A DNA stretch of 64,000 nt. Origin: Alphaproteobacteria bacterium (GTDB taxonomy: Bacteria; Pseudomonadota; Alphaproteobacteria; UBA6615). Shown here in pieces: positions 20,505-31,595 of this stretch. Made by a program: the position numbers and the translations under genes. The stretch is from positions 1-64,000 of the forward strand of contig CBDHEC010000043.1 in NCBI GenBank assembly GCA_965261975.1. Direction: 5' to 3'. Each line of letters opens with the position of its first letter. Within the stretch, counting starts at the first letter, position 1. Under the pieces are notes generated by a model that had not been told where the DNA came from, made no database searches, and was given only the letters and a program-made list of their open reading frames with translations.

Positions 20505-21818
20505 TCAGCCGGCCGGGTAAATCGGAAACCGATTGCATAACTCTTCTACGCGCCTGCGCACCGATTCCTCGACCTGTGCGTCACCGTCCGGGTTGCCGCT
20601 CAGACCATCGAGCACCTCGACAATGAGTTCGCCAACCAGTCGGAATTCCGCAGGGCCAAAGCCGCGCGTGGTACCGGCCGGGGTCCCGAGCCGGATGCCG
20701 GACGTTACCATCGGCTTTTCCGGGTCAAACGGGATACCGTTCTTGTTACACGTCAGGCTGGCCCGCTCGAGCGCAACCTCGGTGATATTCCCGGTCAGTG
20801 ATTTCGGCCGCAGGTCCACGAGCATAAGATGCGTCTCCGTGCCGCCGGAGACGATATCAAGCCCGCCTTCGGCCAGGGTCGCCGCCAGCGCGTTGGCGTT
20901 CTCGACGATCCGTTGCGCATAGGTCTTGAACGATGGCTGGAGAGCTTCGCCGAAGGCTACCGCCTTGGCCGCGATCACATGCATCAGCGGCCCGCCCTGC
21001 AGGCCGGGAAAGACGGCCGAATTGATTTTCTTACCAAGATCCGGATCGTCGGCCAGGATCATGCCGCCACGCGGGCCACGAAGTGTCTTGTGGGTCGTGG
21101 TCGTGACGATATGCGCGTGGGGAAACGGGCTCGGATGAGCGCCGCCGGCAACCAGGCCGGCGAAATGCGCCATGTCGACCATCAGGTATGCCCCGACCGC
21201 GTCTGCAATCTCACGAAACTTCGCGAAGTCGATCACCCTCGGATAGGCCGATCCGCCTGCAACGATCAGCGCGGGCTTGTGCTCACGCGCCAGCGCCTCG
21301 ACCTCGTCCATGTCGATCCGGGCGTCTTCGCGGCGCACCCCGTATTGGACGGCGTTGAACCATTTACCCGACAGGTTGGGCGCGGCACCGTGGGTCAGGT
21401 GGCCGCCGGCCGCCAGCGACATGCCGAGTACAGTGTCTCCCGGCTTGCACAGGGCGAGGAAGACCGCCTGGTTCGCCTGAGCGCCGGAATGGGGCTGCAC
21501 ATTCGCGAACGAGCAACCGAACAACCGCGTCGCGCGTTCGATTGCCAATTCCTCGGCCACATCGACGAACTCGCAACCGCCATAGTAGCGGCGGCCGGGA
21601 TAGCCTTCGGCGTATTTATTGGTCAGAACCGAACCCATGGCCTCGATGACGGCACGCGAGACGATATTCTCCGACGCGATCAACTCGACCTGGGATTGTT
21701 GGCGTCCGAGCTCGCGCTGCATGGCATCGAAAATGTCGGGATCGGCCTCGGCGAGGCCGCGGTCGAAAAATCCGTCGGTCACATTGCCCGCGCCCGGGGC
21801 TTCACTGGTCATCGACAT
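20505..21818 (-). CDS. glyA: Serine hydroxymethyltransferase
   Basis: [42 protein letters not shown] upstream of ATG 21818. Confidence 0.97.
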   Translation of the reverse strand: MSMTSEAPGAGNVTDGFFDRGLAEADPDIFDAMQRELGRQQSQVELIASENIVSRAVIEAMGSVLTNKYAEGYPGRRYYGGCEFVDVAEELAIERATRLFGCSFANVQPHSGAQANQAVFLALCKPGDTVLGMSLAAGGHLTHGAAPNLSGKWFNAVQYGVRREDARIDMDEVEALAREHKPALIVAGGSAYPRVIDFAKFREIADAVGAYLMVDMAHFAGLVAGGAHPSPFPHAHIVTTTTHKTLRGPRGGMILADDPDLGKKINSAVFPGLQGGPLMHVIAAKAVAFGEALQPSFKTYAQRIVENANALAATLAEGGLDIVSGGTETHLMLVDLRPKSLTGNITEVALERASLTCNKNGIPFDPEKPMVTSGIRLGTPAGTTRGFGPAEFRLVGELIVEVLDGLSGNPDGDAQVEESVRRRVEELCNRFPIYPAG

Positions 21819-21895
21819 ACTTATTCCTCTGTCGTTCATTCGTTCAGATACTTTTGTCACGCCGCCGTCCGGCGCCCGCATTTAACCTGCCATTG

Positions 21896-22333
21896 CTATC
21901 CCAGTTTCGCGACCCTTCGGTCGTGCCGCTCACCGCCCGGATAGGCCGCATCGAGAAAAGCGCGCAGGCAATCATGCGCCACCTCGTGCCCGAGAATACG
22001 GGTCCCCAGCGCCAGGACATTCGCGTCATTATGCTCGCGCGCCAGACGCGCGGTCGTGGCGTCATGGCAAAGCGCGGCACGCACGCCGGCGATCCGGTTG
22101 GCTGCAATGGAGATGCCGATACCGGTCCCGCAGATGATGACCCCCTGGTCCGCCCGACCCGACGCGACGGCTTCGCCGACCGCTTTCCCGAAGTCGGGAT
22201 AGTCGACCGAGGCATCGCTGTCGGTACCGAGATCAAGGATGGTCACACCGCGTTCCTGAAGATCTGCCTTGAGTTCTTCCTTGAGGGCGTATCCGGCGTG
22301 GTCCGCCGCGATCGCGATCGTGCCTTCGCTCAT
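21896..22333 (-). CDS. rpiB: Ribose 5-phosphate isomerase B
   Basis: DHAG, SVDYPD, CGTGIG, REHNDAN. Confidence 0.96.
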   Translation of the reverse strand: MSEGTIAIAADHAGYALKEELKADLQERGVTILDLGTDSDASVDYPDFGKAVGEAVASGRADQGVIICGTGIGISIAANRIAGVRAALCHDATTARLAREHNDANVLALGTRILGHEVAHDCLRAFLDAAYPGGERHDRRVAKLG

Positions 22334-22693
22334 GCATCAAATCCGTGTAAACGTCGCTGAAATTGGGACAGTCAGATCGCGTACGAATTACCACATCTCG
22401 TCGGTCGCCGCCAGCGATACACAAGTTGTCGCGTCGAAATCGTGTGGACAACGACATCACCGAGTTTTTCGCGCCGCAGCATTTTTGACGTAGTGCAGCC
22501 ATAGTCATCGATACAAAAAACGAGTCTTCGTTCCGACAGCCAAAGTCGCCTTTTAGTCCAGTTCCATCTGTTCATTTCGCTCTTTCCGAAAAGTACTGAC
22601 GATTATTCGAAAGGCGTATTGACTGGCTCCCACCTGCATGCGATCACGATTGCCAACTGCATGCCAAAGCAAACGCAGGATTTGGGGGGACAA

Positions 22694-23110
22694 ATGACAG
22701 AAAACAATCCTGACAACTTGTCTCGTGACGAACTTCTTCGGATGACCACCCGCGTCGTATCTGCGTATGTCGGCAACAACCCCATTCCGGAAAACCAAAT
22801 TTCAGAAGTCATCCAGTCGGTCTATCGCAGCCTCGAGGGTCTCGGCGGCGGCGCGGCGAGCGTTCAGACCAAACAGAAACCCGCCGTCCCGGTGAAGCGT
22901 TCGATCACGCCAGACCACATCATATGTCTGGAAGACGGCAAAAAGCTGAAGATGCTCAAGCGCTACCTCCGCACCGCATATAATCTGACCCCCGAAGAGT
23001 ACCGGGCCAAATGGGGCCTATCGGCCGATTATCCGATGGTGGCGCCGAACTATGCGAAGCAGCGTTCGGCGTTTGCGAAAGAGATCGGCCTCGGAAAGCG
23101 CGCACGTTAG
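22694..23110 (+). CDS. mucR: MucR/Ros family zinc-finger regulator
   Basis: VSAYVGNN, PAVPVKRSI, ICLEDGKKLKMLKRYL, YPMVAPNY. Confidence 0.95.
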   Translation: MTENNPDNLSRDELLRMTTRVVSAYVGNNPIPENQISEVIQSVYRSLEGLGGGAASVQTKQKPAVPVKRSITPDHIICLEDGKKLKMLKRYLRTAYNLTPEEYRAKWGLSADYPMVAPNYAKQRSAFAKEIGLGKRAR

Positions 23111-23135
23111 CGGCGCAGTCCGACGGTCATCTGGA

Positions 23136-23348
23136 TCAGACGAATACGCCGCCGCGGCCCAAGGGCGCCGGCTGGCGCTTTTCCAACATATAACGAAGTT
23201 TAGCCATCGCCGTTCGGCGCAGCGCCTCCTCGCCTGCATTGGCCGGGCCGACGATCGAGACTTCCAGCCCCGTGTCCGGATCGACCGCGCACACTTTCAC
23301 GGCGTTCCCCACAGGGGAAAACTCGAAAATCACGCTGCCTCCCGCCAT
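23136..23348 (-). CDS. Small conserved hypothetical protein (DUF6898-like)
   Basis: VIFEF..VGNAVKVCAVDPDTGLEVSIVGP...AMAKLRY. Family assigned from memory. Confidence 0.7.
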   Translation of the reverse strand: MAGGSVIFEFSPVGNAVKVCAVDPDTGLEVSIVGPANAGEEALRRTAMAKLRYMLEKRQPAPLGRGGVFV

Positions 23349-23468
23349 GCTTCGGGCCTTGGCGTGCGGAAGTCTGGCCATTCGACTTGCTCTCCACGGT
23401 GATGGTCAGTGCAAATACACCGGCTTATAGTCGGGTGCTGAAAAACGTCCCACGGGAGGAACGGTTCC

Positions 23469-23852
23469 ATGAAAGCGACTAAAGAAAAATTTAGTGTTAA
23501 GCACGCACGAGATGCCGAATGGAAAAAAGGACTGCGGGAGGACTTCGAATACGCCGACCTGGGCATCCGCGACGCGACTAAGGGCCAGTTCAGCGCCCAC
23601 GTCATTCGCATTGCCGATCCTGCAGCGGATCATCACACCGGCAAACATGCGCATATGACCGACTTCCAGATGATCTATGTCTTGCAGGGCGAGGCCCGCT
23701 TCTGGTTCGACGGCGAGGGCGAAATAAGCGTTTCCAAGGGTGATTGTTTCTATCAGCCCGATGGAATCATGCACGACGCGCTTTGGATGTCGGAAGACTG
23801 CGAACTTCTCGAAATTACCTCGCCGGGCGAGTTCGAAACCGTAAGGGACTGA
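23469..23852 (+). CDS. Cupin domain protein
   Basis: HAH..DFQMIYVLQG...GDCFYQP..IMH cupin motifs. GGAGG upstream. Confidence 0.88.
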   Translation: MKATKEKFSVKHARDAEWKKGLREDFEYADLGIRDATKGQFSAHVIRIADPAADHHTGKHAHMTDFQMIYVLQGEARFWFDGEGEISVSKGDCFYQPDGIMHDALWMSEDCELLEITSPGEFETVRD

Positions 23853-23971
23853 GCGGTTGCGTCTCACATCGTGGGGCGATAATCAGACCGAATGCCGGAG
23901 AACGGCCGATTTACATTCTTATTGTGGTGCCTCTTCGATAACGACGCACCGAATTTGCAGGAGTTAAGGTC

Positions 23972-25195
23972 ATGAGTGTCGCCGAAAACGCAGAACCGAC
24001 ACGCGCCAGTGCGGAAAAGCCGCGCTTCCAGAGGGACGACCCACTTCTGCTCGACGATGCGCTCGACGAAGACGAGCGGATGGTCCGCGATATGGCCCGG
24101 AGCTATTGCCAGGAAAAACTGCTGCCGCGGATCCTCGAGGCCAACCGCAACGAGACCTTCGACCGCGAGATCATGAACGAGTTCGGCGAGCTGGGGATGC
24201 TGGGCTCAACCCTGCCGGAGGAATATGGCTGCGCGGGCGTGAACCATGTCTGTTACGGGCTTATCGCGCGCGAGGTCGAACGTGTCGATTCCGGCTACCG
24301 CTCGGCGCTGTCGGTACAATCGTCACTGGTGATGTGGCCGATCTACGAATATGGCTCGGAAGACCAACGCATGAAGTGTCTCCCGAAACTGGCCACCGGC
24401 GAATGGGTGGGTGCGTTCGGGCTGACCGAGCCCGACCATGGCTCCGATCCGGGCGGTATGGTGACCCGGGCGAAGACGGTCGATGGCGGTTTTTCCCTGT
24501 CGGGCGCGAAAATGTGGATCTCCAACGCGCCGATCGCCGACGTGTTCGTTGTCTGGGCGAAGGACGATGAGGACATCATCCGCGGCTTCATCCTGGAGCG
24601 CGGCATGGAGGGCCTGTCGACTCCCAAGATCGAGGGCAAGTTTTCCCTGCGCGCATCGGCCACCGGCGAGGTGGTGATGGACGAGGTCTTCGTGCCGGCG
24701 GAGAACAAGCTTCCGAACGCACGCGGTCTCGGCGGTCCGTTCGGCTGCCTCAACAAGGCGCGCTACGGCATCTCCTGGGGCGCCATGGGTGCCGCGGAGG
24801 CGTGCTGGCATGCGGCTCGCGATTACACCCTCGAGCGCAAGCAGTTCGGCCGCCCATTGGCTGCCAACCAGCTCATCCAGAAGAAACTCGCGGACATGCA
24901 GACCGAGATCACCCTGGGCCTGCATGGCAGCCTGCGGCTCGGGCGGCTGATTGATGAGGGCAAATCGACTCCGGAGATGATCTCACTGATGAAGCGCAAC
25001 AACGCCGGCAAGGCGCTCGACATCGCCCGGGTCGCGCGCGACATGCATGGCGGCAACGGGATCTCGGACGAGTATCACGTCATCCGGCATGTGATGAATC
25101 TGGAATCCGTGAACACCTATGAAGGCACCCACGACATCCATGCGCTGATCCTCGGCCGCGCGCAGACCGGGCTGCAGGCCTTCACGGGCGCCTGA
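23972..25195 (+). CDS. gcdH: Glutaryl-CoA dehydrogenase (acyl-CoA dehydrogenase family)
   Basis: [43 protein letters not shown]. Confidence 0.92.
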   Translation: MSVAENAEPTRASAEKPRFQRDDPLLLDDALDEDERMVRDMARSYCQEKLLPRILEANRNETFDREIMNEFGELGMLGSTLPEEYGCAGVNHVCYGLIAREVERVDSGYRSALSVQSSLVMWPIYEYGSEDQRMKCLPKLATGEWVGAFGLTEPDHGSDPGGMVTRAKTVDGGFSLSGAKMWISNAPIADVFVVWAKDDEDIIRGFILERGMEGLSTPKIEGKFSLRASATGEVVMDEVFVPAENKLPNARGLGGPFGCLNKARYGISWGAMGAAEACWHAARDYTLERKQFGRPLAANQLIQKKLADMQTEITLGLHGSLRLGRLIDEGKSTPEMISLMKRNNAGKALDIARVARDMHGGNGISDEYHVIRHVMNLESVNTYEGTHDIHALILGRAQTGLQAFTGA

Positions 25196-25213
25196 TCCCC
25201 GACCGGGAACCGG

Positions 25214-25807
25214 TCAGCAATTTTCGGTATCAGCCTCGGGCGAGAAGTTCACGCAGAACTTCGTGGAATCTTCGCAACTGAGCTCGGCCTGCTTCAGGCC
25301 GCACATCATGTTGCCGCCCGCCGTTTCGCCGTCGAAATGCCCGCATGTCTGGCAGATGCCAAGATCCTGCCCGCCACACCGTGACTGCATATCGGAGCAA
25401 AGCCGCGCCAGGCCGGCGGCCATAGTGTCTACGGTTTCCGCCGGCAAGTTTGAAATAGCCTTGTCGAGGCAATTGAGCGGATCCTCGTCCAGCAATCCAG
25501 CGCCGAGTTCCGTCAGTTCGATATGGCGCACACGCCGGTCATCGGGGTCGGGCACGCGACGGAGATAACCCTTTTTTTCGAGCGCGTTCAGGGTCTGGCT
25601 TGCCGTACCCTTGGTTGTGCCGAGAAACGCTGCAAGGGCACCGGGCGTGCGCGAGAAGCGATTTGCCTGGCCGATAAAGCGCAGGCAGTCCCATTGCGCC
25701 GGATTCAAGCCATGACAATATTGCAACCCACGTGACATCCTGCCGAGACGGTCCAGGAGCCGTGAAAGGTCTTCTTTGTCAATATTATCAGTGGCTTGGG
25801 AGCCCAT
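25214..25807 (-). CDS. MarR family regulator with Cys-rich C-terminal extension
   Basis: Winged helix with GTTKGTASQTLNALEKKG and DDRR. Tail G-I-C-Q-T-C-G-H-F...C-G-L...C...F-C. Confidence 0.88.
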   Translation of the reverse strand: MGSQATDNIDKEDLSRLLDRLGRMSRGLQYCHGLNPAQWDCLRFIGQANRFSRTPGALAAFLGTTKGTASQTLNALEKKGYLRRVPDPDDRRVRHIELTELGAGLLDEDPLNCLDKAISNLPAETVDTMAAGLARLCSDMQSRCGGQDLGICQTCGHFDGETAGGNMMCGLKQAELSCEDSTKFCVNFSPEADTENC

Positions 25808-25871
25808 GTCTACCTGTTCTCAATGCACTTCAATCGAGCCAAAATAGGCAATATCTTATATCATTTGGATA

Positions 25872-25940
25872 ATATCGAGTCGATATCACCTTGTATCCGG
25901 CTGGCTCCGTGCGTATATTCTTTTCATATCGAGTCGAAAC
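25872..25940 (+). promoter_or_regulatory. Sigma70 promoter of the rpoH-like gene flanked by two palindromic operators
   Basis: ATATCGAGTCGATAT (25872-25886), TTGTAT-N17-TATATT (25891-25919), ATATCGAGTCGAAAC (25926-25940). Confidence 0.75.
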
Positions 25941-26005
25941 CAAAACCATCATTGATCCTTGCGGGATATAGCCCCCCGCCCCGATTTGTCAAAGGACAGA
26001 ATATC

Positions 26006-26899
<894 letters not shown>

Positions 26900-26917
26900 T
26901 ACAGGCAACCAAACGAC

Positions 26918-26951
26918 AAAAAGGGCGGCTGCACATGCAGCCGCCCTTTTT
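26918..26951. terminator. Bidirectional Rho-independent terminator
   Basis: AAAAAGGGCGGCTGCA-CA-TGCAGCCGCCCTTTTT, a perfect inverted repeat. Confidence 0.9.
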
Positions 26952-26974
26952 CGTTCCGATGTATCCGTTGGCGC

Positions 26975-27460
26975 CTAGGCCGCCGTCTCCACCCGGGAGA
27001 ACTCAGCAACGCGCGGTCCGAACCCGAGTTGCTGGAGCCAGAAGCGTTCCACGTCACGCAGACTTTCGTTGGCGGCCGCCAGATTTTCCTCGTCGATGGA
27101 ATCTTCCACGGCTTCAACATGGCGTTCGAACATCTGTTCGAGCAGACGGCTAAGCTCGAGGCCCTTTTCCGTCAGCTTAACGCGCACGGAGCGGCGGTCA
27201 TGGGAGGAGCGTTCCTGGTGGAGGTATCCATGCTCGGTCATCTTCTTGACGTTGTAGGACACGTTCGAGCCGAGATAGTAGCCGCGCAGTGTCAGCTCAC
27301 CGACAGTCATCTCGTCGCCGCCAATATTATAGAGGATCAAAGCCTGCACGTTATTGATGTCGCGAATATCGTGACCTTCAAGCTCTGACTTGATCACTTC
27401 AAGGAACTGGCGATGCATCCGTTCGAGCAGGACGATCGTCGCTAGATATGTCTGTTTCAT
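26975..27460 (-). CDS. ldtR: MarR family regulator, LdtR-like
   Basis: ERMHRQFLEVIK, DINNVQALILYNIG, RGYYLGSNVSYNVKK signature. Confidence 0.85.
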   Translation of the reverse strand: MKQTYLATIVLLERMHRQFLEVIKSELEGHDIRDINNVQALILYNIGGDEMTVGELTLRGYYLGSNVSYNVKKMTEHGYLHQERSSHDRRSVRVKLTEKGLELSRLLEQMFERHVEAVEDSIDEENLAAANESLRDVERFWLQQLGFGPRVAEFSRVETAA

Positions 27461-27517
27461 TGCCTGCATCTCCCGCTTTCCGAGCGCTAATTCGAGCATG
27501 CAGGATCGCAGACACAG

Positions 27518-27533
27518 GTTAAGGATGGCTTAA
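27518..27533 (-). promoter_or_regulatory. CtrA-binding box upstream of the ldtR-like gene
   Basis: Minus strand TTAA-GCCATCC-TTAAC matches TTAA-N7-TTAAC exactly. Confidence 0.7.
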
Positions 27534-27623
27534 ATCACCCGCGTAACATGGCACGCAGGAGCAACCTCTCTTATCCTTGCGTCTGCGACGCGAAAGGCCA
27601 GCTATTCCAGCCCGAAACGGGAT

Positions 27624-28865
27624 CTACTCGGCCGCCAGCACAGGCTCGAAATCGGGGATATCGAGCTCCGGCAGAACCTTCTCCATGAAGATTTCCAGCT
27701 CCTCGATCACCTTTTCCTTCGGGCACATCGCATAGTGCCAGATGAGGCAGATATACTCCGACGGTATGCGCTCATAGGTGTGCTTCCACTCCGCAATCGT
27801 GTCCTCGACAGATCCGCCGATGAAAATGCCGGTATCGACCATACGGTCGACCATGGCTTCGTCGCTGTCGACACCGTCGACCAGGAACGGAAAGAAGGAG
27901 CCGTAGATATTCTTGTAGAACTCGGCGTCATAGGCCGCGAGCTGCTCGCGGAAATGCGCCTTGTCGCGTGAGAAATGCGGCCAGCGCACGATCGTCTGGT
28001 TGGCACCAAACTGCAGGTCCCGTCCGGTCTTCTGGCCTTCATCCACATAGACCTTGGCCAGCTCGACCAAGTGATCGAGCGGGGTGAAATACACCGGCGA
28101 GAAACCGTTCTTCGAACAGAAGCGTATCGAGTCAGGACTGGCACTCACGGCGACGAACACCGGCGGGTGGGGGTCCTGATAGGGTTGCGGGACGACAGAG
28201 ACACGCCGGACAGTCGTCCCGTCATCATCTATTTCACCCGGTGCACCCATGCGCTGTGCGACGGGAGCGGCGGGGAAATTCTCGACCCCCGTGTCGTAGG
28301 GATAGGGCGCCTTGTAATACTTGCCGTCGAACGAAACCGTCTCGTTCTTCCAGCAATCGACGACCTGCAGAACGCGTTCCTCGAACAATTCGCGGTTGCG
28401 CACGTCAACCTCGCCGCCGTTGGATGACGTCGCCTGCGCGTCGACATACTGGCCCAGGATATGCGCCCACCGGGCCTGATAGCCCCGCGCGAACCCGGCG
28501 AAATACTTGCCCTGGGTCACATGGTCCATGACCGCCATTTCCTCGGCCATCCGGATCGGGTCCCGCGTGGCCGCGACATAGCCGATGGTCCCGACACGCG
28601 CGTTCTTTACATGCTGGGACCACATGGCGTTGACGATGCCGGGGCTGGGGGCGAGCTCATAACCTTCGGAATGGAGATGATGCTCGATAGTGCTGACGCC
28701 CCAGACACCAAGGTCATCGGCCGCTTTGACGATGTCGACCATCTCGTGCAGCACCGTGTTGTAGATCTCCGAATTCCGCCCGATCGGCCGTTTTGCCGCG
28801 CGATCCGCCTCATCCACGGCCGGCAACACCGGATACATGTTCACAATGACTTTTGGTTTCGCCAT
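27624..28865 (-). CDS. LLM class flavin-dependent oxidoreductase (luciferase-like)
   Basis: EHHLHSEG, DPIRMAEEMAVMDH, GFARGYQ, PQPYQDPHPP, FMEKVLP. Confidence 0.9.
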   Translation of the reverse strand: MAKPKVIVNMYPVLPAVDEADRAAKRPIGRNSEIYNTVLHEMVDIVKAADDLGVWGVSTIEHHLHSEGYELAPSPGIVNAMWSQHVKNARVGTIGYVAATRDPIRMAEEMAVMDHVTQGKYFAGFARGYQARWAHILGQYVDAQATSSNGGEVDVRNRELFEERVLQVVDCWKNETVSFDGKYYKAPYPYDTGVENFPAAPVAQRMGAPGEIDDDGTTVRRVSVVPQPYQDPHPPVFVAVSASPDSIRFCSKNGFSPVYFTPLDHLVELAKVYVDEGQKTGRDLQFGANQTIVRWPHFSRDKAHFREQLAAYDAEFYKNIYGSFFPFLVDGVDSDEAMVDRMVDTGIFIGGSVEDTIAEWKHTYERIPSEYICLIWHYAMCPKEKVIEELEIFMEKVLPELDIPDFEPVLAAE

Positions 28866-29046
28866 CTGTTGTTCCCCCCAATTCGTTTGCGCCCACCCCG
28901 GCGCATGACACTCCTGCAAAAAGAAACGCAAATACCTCGCAAAACTATAGGCGCAGATCATCTGTCGTGGAAAGTGCGCGGGGCTTGGACCCGAGGCCGG
29001 TTGCGTCTATGTTTCCGGCCCTTTCAGCCATTGCTCAGGAGCGGTC

Positions 29047-30063
29047 ATGACCCGCGGCCCCTCGACACCGGTTGGTGCCTTTCCGCAGACACGCATGCGT
29101 CGAAATCGACGCTGGGATTGGTCGCGCCGCATGGTGCGCGAGAATCTTCTATCGCCGGACGATTTTATCTGGCCGATCTTCGTTTGCGACGGCAAGGATC
29201 GGACAGAAGAGATCCCGACCATGCCGGGGGTCATTCGCTATTCTCCCGATCGCCTGCCCGCCGCCGTCGGTGAAGCCAAGGCGCTGGGCATTCCTTCGGT
29301 CGCACTCTTCCCCGCGACCCCCGCGGAGCTCAAGACCCCCGACGGCGCGGAAGCATGGAACCCCGACAATCTGGTCTGTCGGGCCATTCGCGAAATCAAG
29401 AACGCGCACCCGGATATCGGCGTTATGTGCGATGTCGCCCTCGACCCGTTCAACTCCGACGGCCATGACGGGATCGTGCGTGACGGCCATGTGGTCAACG
29501 ACGAGACCATCGAGGCGCTGTGCCGCCAGGCGCTGGTCCAGGTCGAGGCCGGCTGCGACATCATCGCGCCATCCGACATGATGGACGGCCGCATTGGCGC
29601 CCTGCGCACCGCGCTCGACGCGGAGGGCTATGACCGCGTGCTCCTGATGTCCTACGCCGCGAAATTCTCGTCGGGCTTCTACGGCCCGTTCCGGGATGCC
29701 ATCGACAGCGCTGGTTTTCTGAAGGGCGAGACCAAGGACACCTACCAGATGGACCCCGCCAACAGCGATGAGGCCCTGCGCGAGGTGGCGCTGGATATCG
29801 ACGAAGGCGCGGACATGATCATGGTGAAGCCGGGACTGCCTTATCTCGATATCATCCAGCGGGTGAAATCCCAGTTCGGTATCCCGACCTTCGCCTACAA
29901 TGTGAGCGGCGAATACGCGATGCTGCGTTTCGCGGCCGACAATGGCGCGCTGGACTATCAGCGCGTGATGATGGAAACCCTGATGGCATTCAAGCGCGCG
30001 GGCTGCAGCGGCGTGCTGACCTATTTCGCCATCGATGCGGCCCGGCTTCTCAATGGCGAATGA
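29047..30063 (+). CDS. hemB: Porphobilinogen synthase
   Basis: DVALDPF, IAPSDMMDGRI, SYAAKF, YQMDPAN, MVKPG. Asp-rich metal site with no Cys ligands. Confidence 0.97.
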   Translation: MTRGPSTPVGAFPQTRMRRNRRWDWSRRMVRENLLSPDDFIWPIFVCDGKDRTEEIPTMPGVIRYSPDRLPAAVGEAKALGIPSVALFPATPAELKTPDGAEAWNPDNLVCRAIREIKNAHPDIGVMCDVALDPFNSDGHDGIVRDGHVVNDETIEALCRQALVQVEAGCDIIAPSDMMDGRIGALRTALDAEGYDRVLLMSYAAKFSSGFYGPFRDAIDSAGFLKGETKDTYQMDPANSDEALREVALDIDEGADMIMVKPGLPYLDIIQRVKSQFGIPTFAYNVSGEYAMLRFAADNGALDYQRVMMETLMAFKRAGCSGVLTYFAIDAARLLNGE

Positions 30064-30703
30064 CGAAGACGCGCCGGCAACCGGGGCCGAACTCCCGGCC
30101 ACGGCACCCGAACCCCTGATTGTCCGCTACAGCCAGCGAGTTCAATTCTGGCGCCTGCTCGCGATCCTGGCACTCGCGGCCATGTGTCTGATCATCCCGT
30201 TCGCTGCCGAGGGCCCCGTCGAGGATTCGTGGCGGTTTGCCGGTGTGCTCATCGCCGCGGCGCTGGTCTGGGCCGTCGTCACGTTCATGCGGATGCAGAA
30301 CCGCGACGCGCAGGTCCTGGTTGACGAGAACGGTGTGTATTTCCGGGAATGGCTGTGCGGCACCGTTCCCTGGAACAATATCGTGTTCATTGCCCATTCG
30401 AGTCAGGTTCGCCGCGGCATCGTCGCCTCGATCACCCGCACGCGCAAAAAACCTTATCTGCTGTTCAAGTTCGCCGAACTGCCCAAGGTGCGCCCCACCG
30501 CGCCGGTCCCGTTCTCCTGGCTGCAATTCGTGCGCGCGGAGTTCGGAATTCAGGAACCGATCATGCAGCAATACGGCCTCGATACGCCCGTGAACGATAT
30601 CCTCGCATCGATTCAGGAGCACATCGCCTACTGGGAGAGCCAGCAACCGGACCTGCCTGTCGAAATACCGGCACCGGAATCCGACGGCCAACAATCCCCA
30701 TAA
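30053..30703 (+). CDS. Hypothetical membrane protein (two N-terminal TM segments plus soluble domain)
   Basis: Two hydrophobic helices, then VLVDENGV...GTVPWNNI. Overlaps the hemB stop. Confidence 0.75.
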   Translation: MANDEDAPATGAELPATAPEPLIVRYSQRVQFWRLLAILALAAMCLIIPFAAEGPVEDSWRFAGVLIAAALVWAVVTFMRMQNRDAQVLVDENGVYFREWLCGTVPWNNIVFIAHSSQVRRGIVASITRTRKKPYLLFKFAELPKVRPTAPVPFSWLQFVRAEFGIQEPIMQQYGLDTPVNDILASIQEHIAYWESQQPDLPVEIPAPESDGQQSP

Positions 30704-30713
30704 GGGCCACGCC

Positions 30714-30754
30714 TAATTTACGCATATTATTGTGTAAATAATATAATTTACGCA
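30714..30754. promoter_or_regulatory. AT-rich triple half-site array upstream of the peroxiredoxin gene
   Basis: TAATTTACGCA at 30714 and 30744, with inverted TGTGTAAAT at 30731. Confidence 0.55.
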
Positions 30755-30880
30755 CTCGACTTGTCATTACTGCCTCTGCGCTCTAACTAACCCTCAGATT
30801 GTCAAACAGACCGCGCATCATTGCGCTGCGGCAGCCGACACCCGGCCGCCGATGGGGATCCATAAAGAGGAGAGACAAAC

Positions 30881-31540
30881 ATGACGGTACAGATCGGAAA
30901 TACTGCGCCCGACTTCGAGGCACAGACGACGGAAGGCACCATCAACTTCCATGATTGGCTGGGCGACAGCTGGGGCGTGCTGTTCTCGCACCCCAAGGAT
31001 TTCACCCCGGTCTGCACGACCGAGCTGGGCTATATGGCGAAGCTCAAGCCCGAGTTCGACAAACGCGACGTCAAGATCATCGGCCTGAGCGTCGACCCGG
31101 TCGACGACCATGAGAAATGGGTCGGCGATATCGAGGAAACCCAGGGCGTCAAGGTGACCTATCCGCTGATCGGTGACAGCGAGCTCACCGTCGCCAAGCT
31201 TTACGGCATGCTGCCCGCGAGCGAGGACGGCACCTCCGAGGGCCGCACCGCCGCGACCAATGCGACCGTCCGCAATGTCTACATCGTCGGCCCGGACAAG
31301 CAGGTCAAGCTGGTGATCTCCTACCCGATGAGCACGGGGCGCAACTTCGACGAGATCCTGCGGGTCATCGATTCCCTGCAGCTCACCGCCAACCACAAGG
31401 TTGCCACCCCGGTGAACTGGAAGGACGGCGAAGACGTCATCATCCTGCCCGCCGTCTCCGATGAAGACGCCAAGGCGGCCTACCCGGATGGCTGGAATGC
31501 GCCGCGCCCGTATCTGCGGATCGTCCCGCCGCCCAAGTAA
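30881..31540 (+). CDS. 1-Cys peroxiredoxin (Prx6/LsfA type)
   Basis: FSHPKDFTPVCTTE, YPMSTGRNFDEILR, TPVNW. Confidence 0.95.
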   Translation: MTVQIGNTAPDFEAQTTEGTINFHDWLGDSWGVLFSHPKDFTPVCTTELGYMAKLKPEFDKRDVKIIGLSVDPVDDHEKWVGDIEETQGVKVTYPLIGDSELTVAKLYGMLPASEDGTSEGRTAATNATVRNVYIVGPDKQVKLVISYPMSTGRNFDEILRVIDSLQLTANHKVATPVNWKDGEDVIILPAVSDEDAKAAYPDGWNAPRPYLRIVPPPK

Positions 31541-31560
31541 CCGGTTTCGGTTTTGAAATC

Positions 31561-31589
31561 AGGGGCGCCCCGGTCGGGGCGCCCTTTTT
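31561..31589 (+). terminator. Rho-independent terminator
   Basis: GGGCGCCCC-GGTC-GGGGCGCCC followed by TTTTT. Confidence 0.85.
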
Positions 31590-31595
31590 CATGCA

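Noticed and set aside
22334-22693. sRNA or riboswitch in the long rpiB-mucR spacer
   Set aside because: No convincing stem-loop or terminator. AT-richness is expected for a mucR promoter region.
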